Below, in pieces: positions 54,614-62,458 of a DNA stretch of 64,000 bases; positions within the stretch are counted from its first letter, which is position 1; each line of letters starts with the position of its first letter. A program made the position numbers and the translations under genes. The notes beneath the pieces were generated by a model, which saw nothing but the letters and a program-made list of their open reading frames with translations, ran no database searches and had not been told where the DNA came from. The stretch comes from an uncultured Verrucomicrobiota bacterium (GTDB taxonomy: Bacteria > Verrucomicrobiota > Verrucomicrobiia > CAIQCK01). The stretch lies in NCBI GenBank assembly GCA_964524715.1, contig CAZGGF010000076.1, positions 28,639-92,638 of the forward strand, written 5' to 3'.

Positions 54614-56818
54614 TTACAGGTCGAGCGCCTTCAGTTCCGCTTGGGCGCAGTGATGATTCAGGCGGCCCTTGCGATCCATCGCCAGGCATTTTCGGAAACA
54701 ATCGGCCGCGCCAGTCTTGTCACCCGACACCAGCCGCTTCATGCCCGCAAAGAACCATGCATCGGCGCGCTGCCCCCGCTCTTTGTATGAATCAGGCGCG
54801 GCCGCCGCCGCGATCAAATCGCTCTCGCGGATTTTGCCGAGCAGGAACTCCCCGATCCGGGCCGGCCACGGGTTGCCGGCCTTGCCGCGCTTGCCAAGGT
54901 AAGCCGCGAGTTCCTTGTCCGCGGCCTCCTTCTGGCCCAACTGTGAGCGGACGACCCAGAGTCTCAAGTGTGACCAATCCCGCGTCGACAAGTCACCCCA
55001 TTCACAACTGCGCTGGTAATCGGGCAGCGCGTCGCTCAAACGGTGTTGCATGAAATAAATACAGGCCCGGTAGTAACGGGCGCCGCCGTCTTTCGGGCTC
55101 AGTTCGATGGCGCGGGTGCAGTCGGCCAACGCCTTCTCAGCATCACCTTTCCAGGAGTAGACCACGCCGCGGTGGCAGTAGGCGCGGGCGTATTTCGGGT
55201 CGAGTTTGATTGTCTGGGTCAAGTCCGCTATCGCCGCGTCATAATGCCCTTGGGCGTTGGGGGCGGCTTCGTGTTCGTAGTAGGTGTGGGCGTGTGCCAG
55301 GCCACGTTCGTAGTAGGTGCGGGCGTATGCCGGGTCGAGTTCAATGGCGCGGGTGTAGTCAGCCATCGCCTTGTCATAATCGTTTTTCCAAGAGTAGACC
55401 ACGCCGCGGTGGCAGTAGGTGCGGGCGTATTTCGGGTCGAGCTTGATCGCCTGGGTCAAGTCCGCTATCGCCGCGTCATAATGCCCTTGGGCATTGGGAG
55501 AGGCTCTGTGTTCGTGGTAGGTGTGGGCGTGTGCCAGGCCGCGTTCGCAATAGGCGCCGGCGTATTTCGGGTCGAGTTCAATGGTGCGGGTGTAGTCAGC
55601 CATCGCCTTGTCGTAATCACCTTTGTTGAAACGGGCGTCGCCGCGTTCGCAATAGGCGTCGGCATCTTTCGGGTTAAGCTCGATGACTCTGTCAAAATCG
55701 GCTATCGCGCGGTCATAATCATGCTTGTGGACGAAGGCGTTAGCCCGTTTGTAGTAGGCGAAGCCATAGGCCGGGTCGAGTGCGATCGCTTTGCCAAAAT
55801 CAGCAACCGCTGCGTCATGCTGCCCCTGGCCGTCGTAGACGATGCCGCGGTAGCAGTAGGCTTGGGCGTATTTCGGGTCGAGTTCAATGGCTTTGTCAAA
55901 GTCCACTATCGCCGGGGCGTATTGCTTTTTGGAGTGGCGGACGGAGCCGCGGCAGTAGTAGGCGCTGGCGTCTTTCGGGTCGAGTTCAATGGCTTTATCA
56001 AAGTCCACTATCGCCGGGTCGTATTGCTTCTTGGAGTGGCGGACGGAGCCGCGGCAGTAGTAGGCGCGGGCGTATTTCGGGTCGAGTTCAATGGCTTTAT
56101 CAAAGTCCACAATCGCCAGATCGTATTGTTTTTTGGTCATGCGGACGATACCGCGGCAGCAGTATGTGCAAGCGTATTTCGGGTCGAGTTCAATGGCTTT
56201 GTCAAAGTCCACTATCGCCGGGTCGTATTGTTTTTTGGACATGCGGATGACGCCGCGGTAGTAGTAGGTGCGAGCGTATTTTGGGTCGAGTTCAATGGCT
56301 TTATCAAAGTCCGCTATCGCCAGATCGTATTGCTTTTTGGAGACGTAGATGTCGCCGCGGTCGTAGTACGCGCGGGCGTATTGAGGATCGATCTCGATGG
56401 CTTTGCCGAGGTCCACCACCGCCAAGTCATACTGGCCTTTCCATGTGCGGGCGATGCCGCGTTCGAAGTGGGCGACGGCGTCTTTCGGGGCGAGCGCGAT
56501 GGCTTTGTCCAAGTCAGCCATCGCCTTGTCGTATTCCTTCTTGCTGACCAGGGCGATGCCGCGTTCGCGGCAGGCATCCGCGTTTCCGGGACTCAGTCGG
56601 ATGGCCAGAGTGAGGCACTTGATGGCGCCCTCCAGGTCTCCTTCGCGGCGCTTATTGAGGCCGATCTCATAGCAAGAGGTTACAGCCAACACCCATAGCC
56701 CCACAACGTCCAGCAACAGAAACACCCCGATGCCGGCCAGACTGCCGTAGAACAACCATCCGTGTTTCTTCTTCGGCAACGCAGGCACAATGAAGGGAGG
56801 AATGCTCGGTGGGTTCAT
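54614..56818 (-). CDS. membrane-anchored TPR-repeat protein, long paralog
   Basis: The N- and C-terminal regions closely parallel those of 53064..54185. About 18 TPR units with near-identical internal copies. Confidence 0.85.
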   Translation of the reverse strand: MNPPSIPPFIVPALPKKKHGWLFYGSLAGIGVFLLLDVVGLWVLAVTSCYEIGLNKRREGDLEGAIKCLTLAIRLSPGNADACRERGIALVSKKEYDKAMADLDKAIALAPKDAVAHFERGIARTWKGQYDLAVVDLGKAIEIDPQYARAYYDRGDIYVSKKQYDLAIADFDKAIELDPKYARTYYYRGVIRMSKKQYDPAIVDFDKAIELDPKYACTYCCRGIVRMTKKQYDLAIVDFDKAIELDPKYARAYYCRGSVRHSKKQYDPAIVDFDKAIELDPKDASAYYCRGSVRHSKKQYAPAIVDFDKAIELDPKYAQAYCYRGIVYDGQGQHDAAVADFGKAIALDPAYGFAYYKRANAFVHKHDYDRAIADFDRVIELNPKDADAYCERGDARFNKGDYDKAMADYTRTIELDPKYAGAYCERGLAHAHTYHEHRASPNAQGHYDAAIADLTQAIKLDPKYARTYCHRGVVYSWKNDYDKAMADYTRAIELDPAYARTYYERGLAHAHTYYEHEAAPNAQGHYDAAIADLTQTIKLDPKYARAYCHRGVVYSWKGDAEKALADCTRAIELSPKDGGARYYRACIYFMQHRLSDALPDYQRSCEWGDLSTRDWSHLRLWVVRSQLGQKEAADKELAAYLGKRGKAGNPWPARIGEFLLGKIRESDLIAAAAAPDSYKERGQRADAWFFAGMKRLVSGDKTGAADCFRKCLAMDRKGRLNHHCAQAELKALDL
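55871..56380. repeat. coding tandem repeat, five 102-bp (34-aa TPR) units
   Basis: 'TTTCGGGTCGAGTTCAATGGCTTT(G/A)TCAAAGTCC' recurs at 55871, 55973, 56075, 56177 and 56279 (period 102). A separate 2 x 237-bp duplication lies at about 55140-55620. Confidence 0.8.
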
Positions 56819-57069
56819 GTGATTCAATCAGTCGGCCGGACTAGAGACTGAAGTTGCAGCTCGTACTGTGTGCCCATTAGATCCACCGCCGGATTCGTAG
56901 CAAATAACAACGGACTTAGGCAACCGCAAACAGGTTTTTCCATTTCCGACCTCCTCCATCCATCAACGACCGCCGATGTGAGGAGACGGAATCACCGCAG
57001 ATACGCTGAGAACGCAGAGAGGCAAACGCAGAAGAGGAAAGGGAAAGTGGGAAGCGGAAGGAGCGTTCC

Positions 57070-57142
57070 TGTAGGCGCCGACGTGAGAAGGCGATTTCCG
57101 GAACCGTCAACTACCTGACGCCTCCTTACGTCGGCGCCTACG
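57070..57142. repeat. 73-bp palindromic REP-type element, copy 3
   Basis: TGTAGGCGCCGACGTGAGAAGGCG...CGCCTCCTTACGTCGGCGCCTACG. Confidence 0.8.
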
Positions 57143-57220
57143 AGGAAGACCACTCCCGCTCGCGTTGGCCACCGTCGCTTCCGGAAATCCCTTCAGGATT
57201 TCCAGCGGCGGCTTTCCGCA

Positions 57221-58471
57221 TCAGCGCGTCTTCTCCACCAAGGGCGCAACCGGAGTGACCGACAGGTCCATGCGGCCATCACCGTGGTTGATCGTGCAGA
57301 TGATATACTTGTCTCCGCAGACAAACTGCGGGTGTGGGTCCGGATGGAGTTTGCTCTGGTTCTCCTTCGTGTTGTAAGCCGGCAACACCGAGTAGAGAAA
57401 GACTTCCTTCTTCGTCTCCGCGTTGTAGAACCCCACCTGCCACGAACAGCCGCGATACCACGGGCCGACGCTGTAGTCGTAGGTGAAATAGCGCCGGTCT
57501 CTCGTCATCGTGGCGTGTGCCGCATGAATGGGCGCGACCCGCTGCTGCTTGCCGCTGGCCAGGTCGTAGTAGATAACCCCGTATTCCTTCCCGTGGCTGC
57601 AGTAGTAGAAGCCTTTGCCGTCGGCGGCCCAGTACTCATGAGTGGCGTAGTTGTTCATGGGCGGAATGATTCGGCGTTTGTCATTGGGCTCAACCATCAG
57701 CAACCGGGGATAGACCCCGTCGACGTTCTGAATGCGGTGTTCCACATTGCGGGCATCGGTCCACCGGGTTTCGTGAGCACATAGTGCCAGACGGTCGTTC
57801 ACCGGGTTGATCTGACCGTGATTCACGCAGACCGACTCTTCACCCCATTTCTCGAACTGCCCGGTCTTGATATCCAGCATGCCCTGGATGAAACGGTCAT
57901 CCACCCGCGCATCCATGAACACCTTGCTGCGGTCGGTTGTCAGTGTCAGGTGGGTCGCGCAACCGCGCACATTCTCCCCCGCGGCTTTGATCTGCGGGGG
58001 AATATCGCACAGCTTCTCCGGCGGACGCGAGGCGGCCCGCAGGTCCATCTTGTAAAGGCCGCCTGGCTCGAACCAATACAACATGGAGGTGTCCGTATCG
58101 AGAAAGGGAATGCTGCCGCTAATCTCCAATGACCGGACTTCGTCCTTGAGGAAATCGATCATCGCGAAGGACTTCTGATTGCCACGCGCGCCACCGGACA
58201 CATTGAACACGACGAACCGGCCGTCTTCCGTCATCGATTTTTGTGTGAAATAGATGCTCTGCTGGTTCTCGGCGACCCGGGTTTCAAGAATGAAGGAGAC
58301 GGCGCCCGACTGGGGATCGACGTGCTTGCGGAAGAGCTTGGACGTCTCAGGAGTTTTCAACGCGGGCGAGGCCTGCTCCGCAGCATTGCAGGACAGTGCG
58401 AGGAGCAGCAATAGCAGCAACGGCGACAGACAATTCTTCACAATCTTCCTTTCAATTTCTGGCAGCAGCAT
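57221..58471 (-). CDS. oligogalacturonate-lyase-like (PL22-like) beta-propeller protein, paralog B
   Basis: ATG start with a signal peptide (…KNCLSPLLLLLLLALSC). Roughly nine in ten residues are identical to paralog A by eye. Confidence 0.65.
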   Translation of the reverse strand: MLLPEIERKIVKNCLSPLLLLLLLALSCNAAEQASPALKTPETSKLFRKHVDPQSGAVSFILETRVAENQQSIYFTQKSMTEDGRFVVFNVSGGARGNQKSFAMIDFLKDEVRSLEISGSIPFLDTDTSMLYWFEPGGLYKMDLRAASRPPEKLCDIPPQIKAAGENVRGCATHLTLTTDRSKVFMDARVDDRFIQGMLDIKTGQFEKWGEESVCVNHGQINPVNDRLALCAHETRWTDARNVEHRIQNVDGVYPRLLMVEPNDKRRIIPPMNNYATHEYWAADGKGFYYCSHGKEYGVIYYDLASGKQQRVAPIHAAHATMTRDRRYFTYDYSVGPWYRGCSWQVGFYNAETKKEVFLYSVLPAYNTKENQSKLHPDPHPQFVCGDKYIICTINHGDGRMDLSVTPVAPLVEKTR

Positions 58472-58510
58472 TTGGTGTTTAGCACATGGGCAAAGTCAGT
58501 GTATCGGCAA

Positions 58511-59755
58511 TCACGACTGAAATATCGTCGCTCCACACCATCCGCACTTGCCGGTGGCGATAACCACCGGCTCAGGAGACCTCTTACCGCAAACCGGACA
58601 GTACAGGCCAAGTTTTCGCCGACACCGATTATCCAACCACAAAACCAGAAACAAACCGACGATATAACCGCCAAGAATTACTCCTGCAAGCACCTCGCGA
58701 ACTGGTGCGCCTGACCCATGACGCTCTACCCAACGGTTGATTAGAAAGGCGAAAAAGTACAAACTGAAGAATCCGGCAGCGCAGACCCCACCAGCAACTT
58801 TACCCACACGCCGCTCAATGCGCAAGCGGTCACAATATTCCTCCCTTGTCATCATCGGATGATTGGCGTGTGGTGTCTCGGCGTCCGCGACTGAAAGAAT
58901 CGCAGCCCCACACCTTCCACATCTGCCCGTGGCAACGACCACCTGCGCATCCGGATGCTTGCCACAGGACGGACACAGTAGACCCAACTTTCGGATGCGA
59001 CGCCTGCGAGCCCAGAGCAACACGCCCAGGTAGCCGACCAAACAACTCAGAGAAAACCAGCAGTAGCTGGCTCGAATCCACGTCGGTGGATCATATTGCT
59101 CCATCCACACATCCACCAGAATGAGCGCCAGAACCACAAGCAAGAAGAAAAACAACCAAACACCGGAGATTCCTCCGCTCAGTCTTGGGGCAGGCAGCCG
59201 CGCCAGATATGCCGTTCTTGTTAACAGATTATGTCTGATTCGAAGCCCCGTGGCATCCTCGAATTCAAACAGGGCTGTTCCACAAACCCCGCACCTGCCT
59301 GAAGCGACGACATGCTGTTCATTCACAAACTTGTCACAAGTCGGACAAGTTAGTCCGAATTTCCGGACAAGACGGTCAAAAGCCCGAGCAAAGAGAATCG
59401 GGAAGACGAATGCCACACCGCAGAACCCAATGTCCGCCAGTAATTTCTCCAACTCGGGCCCCACCGTCCAATGCAGAACCAAACGCGCACACAGCAATAA
59501 TATGACCCAGACAACCGCTGCAACACAGAAGTACCTTCTCATCTCACGCCGGGCCGCGACCAAACGGGCCATATAATCTTCTCTGGTAGTCACGGTATGA
59601 TGAGGTCGAGCTGGAGTTGATTCGCTCACGCCCTTCTCGCATAATGCGGGTGTTGCAACAAGCCGGAAAGGGCATTTCTTCCTTGAGAGGAAGATTCTCC
59701 TGCGGTCCAGGCGGGTGTTCGCCTCAGAATTCCTCGCGCGTTGCCGGACTGGCAA
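58511..59755 (-). CDS. membrane protein with three tandem [2 TM + CPxCG...CGxCG zinc-ribbon] modules
   Basis: Modules end in GLTCPTCDK..GRCGVCGTALF, GLLCPSCGK..GRCGRCGAAIL and GLYCPVCGK..GKCGWCGATIF. Each is preceded by a 'T(T)RE(D/E)Y..RL'-like helix. The TTG start at 59755 lies 2 nt after the upstream stop, and the start is uncertain. Confidence 0.65.
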   Translation of the reverse strand: MPVRQRARNSEANTRLDRRRIFLSRKKCPFRLVATPALCEKGVSESTPARPHHTVTTREDYMARLVAARREMRRYFCVAAVVWVILLLCARLVLHWTVGPELEKLLADIGFCGVAFVFPILFARAFDRLVRKFGLTCPTCDKFVNEQHVVASGRCGVCGTALFEFEDATGLRIRHNLLTRTAYLARLPAPRLSGGISGVWLFFFLLVVLALILVDVWMEQYDPPTWIRASYCWFSLSCLVGYLGVLLWARRRRIRKLGLLCPSCGKHPDAQVVVATGRCGRCGAAILSVADAETPHANHPMMTREEYCDRLRIERRVGKVAGGVCAAGFFSLYFFAFLINRWVERHGSGAPVREVLAGVILGGYIVGLFLVLWLDNRCRRKLGLYCPVCGKRSPEPVVIATGKCGWCGATIFQS

Positions 59756-59757
59756 AT

Positions 59758-60561
59758 CTATTTTCGCGCCGGAGAGCCGGAAGCGCCATGCGCGCCAGCT
59801 TCAATGTCCTCCTTCTTCAACGTAACCGTGATCGTAACTCGCGGGAGCTGAACTGTAATGAACTCCAGCCAGATGCGATTTTCCTTTTGCCGGGGCACGA
59901 CGCCGTTGTCGACCGGCGGGGTAAACGTGCCCAGCAGGAACGGCACGCCGTCATTGAGCATGACCGAGGTAGTCACCCGCGAGGTCCCGATGATCGGCGA
60001 CTGTGATTTCTCCTGGCTTGACCCTTTACTATAGCCGGTGAGGCGTGACTTTTCGGAGATGAGAGTAATGTTGACGAGGCGCCCATCGTTGCCAATCTGT
60101 GGCGTGTAGTTCAGTGTGTCGCCGACATTGCGGATATGAAGGGTAACCCCAGCTCTGGCATGCTTACCGGACTCACTGCTGCCGTGGGCTGGATTGGATT
60201 CATCTGCAAATGTCACCTCGTTGACAGACTCCACCTTCGACTGCTGCCCGGAGATCGTGCGCAAGACAACCAACCGTTCCAAGCGCGCCCGCTTGGCGTC
60301 CACAAGACGCACCAGCTCGTTGTAGCGGTCGGCGTCGGAGGCAATCTTCCGTAGCAGCTTCGCCGCGTCGTCAATCGGCAGCGAGAATGTTTCCTCAAGC
60401 ACCGAAACCTGTTGCAGGTCCATGGTCATCGTCTCGGGCTCGGCCCTCTTCAGACCTTTCTTGTCCTTGTCTTTGGCCTGAACCACACCAGTAAACGCGA
60501 CGAGGCTGGCAATAATCAGTAGTGAACAAACTGTGGGGAGTGCTCTCATAACGCCTTTCAT
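59758..60561 (-). CDS. secreted hypothetical protein (weak secretin-C-terminal-like segment)
   Basis: ATG 60561. Signal MKGVMRALPTVCSLLIIASLVAFTGVVQA. 'RVTTSVMLNDGVPFLLGTF' faintly recalls secretin-family cores. Confidence 0.55.
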   Translation of the reverse strand: MKGVMRALPTVCSLLIIASLVAFTGVVQAKDKDKKGLKRAEPETMTMDLQQVSVLEETFSLPIDDAAKLLRKIASDADRYNELVRLVDAKRARLERLVVLRTISGQQSKVESVNEVTFADESNPAHGSSESGKHARAGVTLHIRNVGDTLNYTPQIGNDGRLVNITLISEKSRLTGYSKGSSQEKSQSPIIGTSRVTTSVMLNDGVPFLLGTFTPPVDNGVVPRQKENRIWLEFITVQLPRVTITVTLKKEDIEAGAHGASGSPARK

Positions 60562-60657
60562 AGTAACGGCAACATCTGACCCTGAGTACAAACGCTAATT
60601 ACGCCCCGTTTCCGCCGACGTCAATGGTAACTTCGCGCCCCTGCCCGCCCGGTCAGT

Positions 60658-61503
60658 ATGCGACACTATGACCCACAGGAGAAGTCCTCTACTTCTGGCC
60701 CGGCCTGTTTTTCACGAGACTGGAAAGGTGATGAGTTCGGTTCAGTCTTTCCGACTGGACTGACCCGCGCAATTGTGGGAGAAAGATTTAGCGACTGCAT
60801 GATCATCTCGAAATTTCCCCCAAGCAAGTTCAACTCCTTGACGCGTTCCATTCTCGGCATGGAAGTTACTTTGCCTTGGAAGGGACATGCCTCTGCCGTG
60901 TTCCTTGAATTGGGGCGGCTGACTCCCAGGGAGGGACGCCAGAGGCACGATGAAGGGCAGGCTTGCATCTGGCTGGTATGGGAGTGGCGGGTAGAGAAGC
61001 GCGCCAGGATTTTATACGGAAGCGCCAATAGTGATCCTGAGATCGATGATAGTATTCGCGGACTTAGGGGAACTAAAATCCGCGCTCTCCGTCTCGCCGG
61101 ACAGATTCCAGAACTCGTCATCGAGCTATCCAACGGCCAGCGTGTGCAGACCATGACCATGTGGACAGGTGATCCTGAATGGAACATCCGCCTGCCGGAC
61201 CGAACCTACCTTTCCGTCAAGGCTGGCGCCCTGTGCATCAGTGACGGTGACGCAGATGAATCCGACATCATGACCAACAAAGAGTCCGCGGTGTTTGCAC
61301 TGGCGGACGCATGTCTCTCGCGTTGGGGCAAGCCTGCGTTCAAACCCAAGGCGGGAAACTGTGCCAATTGCGGCTACTACGTTCGTCTCGATGGGACGGG
61401 CCGCATGCTTGACTACGGTGTCTGCGCGGAAAGCCGCAGTCCCTTTGATGGCCGAGTCGTAAACCGCGAGTCCGGCTGTCCGATGTTCGCGGGGAAATTG
61501 TAG
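60658..61503 (+). CDS. hypothetical protein with C-terminal Cys-cluster (DUF3027-like) domain
   Basis: C-terminus 'CANCGYYVRLDGTGRMLDYGVCAESRSPFDGRVVNRESGCPMF'. The start is uncertain (ATG 60658 or 60799). Confidence 0.55.
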   Translation: MRHYDPQEKSSTSGPACFSRDWKGDEFGSVFPTGLTRAIVGERFSDCMIISKFPPSKFNSLTRSILGMEVTLPWKGHASAVFLELGRLTPREGRQRHDEGQACIWLVWEWRVEKRARILYGSANSDPEIDDSIRGLRGTKIRALRLAGQIPELVIELSNGQRVQTMTMWTGDPEWNIRLPDRTYLSVKAGALCISDGDADESDIMTNKESAVFALADACLSRWGKPAFKPKAGNCANCGYYVRLDGTGRMLDYGVCAESRSPFDGRVVNRESGCPMFAGKL

Positions 61504-61844
61504 CGGGCGTTATCATGCCGGCGATCATTTTGGCCGCATTTCTGCTGTCGCGCTGACAGAAACAACTGGATGCGTCCCAGCAGCGCCCCCGGGATAGCAG
61601 GTGGGATCTCTTTCGCTGGAAGCTGTAAACCGGACCGAGCGGTCCGGCACTCGCCCGGCACCGTCCTCAGGGGGATGTTAAGAAGACCTGCTCTCGCCAC
61701 GGTTATTTGCCGGTTGGTCTCACAAATAGCCACTCTGGTCTCAGAGTGCGCGCACGAAGTCCGGCCACCACTAGGATGACCGCAGTCGCGACCGGTGCCC
61801 GATGATGCTCGGCCGATCAGGTAAAAAACACAGGAGAAGAATTG

Positions 61845-62258
61845 ATGAAGTTGTCGTTATTCCAATCACTGGCGCTCGGCCTTGCATTAACCGTCGCCGC
61901 ACCATGGATCGCGTCCGGCGCCGATGACAGCACCAAAGGAGGCAGACGCGGCCAGGGCGACCGGCTTCAGGCCACGCTGGACAAGTTGAACCTGACGGAC
62001 GACCAGAAAGCCAAGATCAAGGTCATCAAGGACAAGGACAAGGCCGAACGCGATGCGTTCGTAAAAGAGCATGCCGAGGAATTGAAGGCTGCCAGGGATT
62101 CCAATGATCAGGAAAAGATGCGCGCCGTCATGCGCCCGTTGATGGAAAAGCGGATGGCCACTTTTGAGGAGATCAAGAAGATATTGACGGACGAGCAGAA
62201 GCAGAAACTGGACGAAGCGATAGCTGCCTTTGGTGGACACGGTAAGAAGAACAAGTAA
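61845..62258 (+). CDS. Spy/CpxP-family (LTxxQ motif) periplasmic chaperone-like protein
   Basis: AGGAGA lies 7 nt upstream of ATG 61845. Signal peptide. 'LNLTDDQKAKI' and 'ILTDEQKQKL' LTxxQ motifs. Confidence 0.75.
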   Translation: MKLSLFQSLALGLALTVAAPWIASGADDSTKGGRRGQGDRLQATLDKLNLTDDQKAKIKVIKDKDKAERDAFVKEHAEELKAARDSNDQEKMRAVMRPLMEKRMATFEEIKKILTDEQKQKLDEAIAAFGGHGKKNK

Positions 62259-62458
62259 TAGCGCCATTATGGTTTTGGGTTCGGACAGGTACGTCTCGCG
62301 TCCCTGAAAAGGGTTGATGACCTGTCACTCGATGGCCGGGCTAAAACGGGCCGGTCGTCGGCGAGCCGGGGGGAGGACCTGGACTCTGTTGGCGCGCAAG
62401 CCTGAGGGCTCTGCGCGCCAACGGGGATCCAGCGGTGTTAAGCAGAAGATTCCCGCGC

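Larger units (their letters stand above)
56958..58485. repeat. segmental duplication, copy B (about 1.5 kb)
   Basis: See copy A. Same orientation, so a direct repeat. Confidence 0.8.

Noticed and set aside
53415-56698. Plus-strand ORFs 53415..54275 and 55043..56698 (551 aa, highly repetitive); briefly considered as a repeat protein or CRISPR-like array
   Set aside because: Their periodicity (102 bp) is the antisense image of TPR coding repeats. There is no spacer/repeat alternation, and the minus frame gives canonical TPR consensus.
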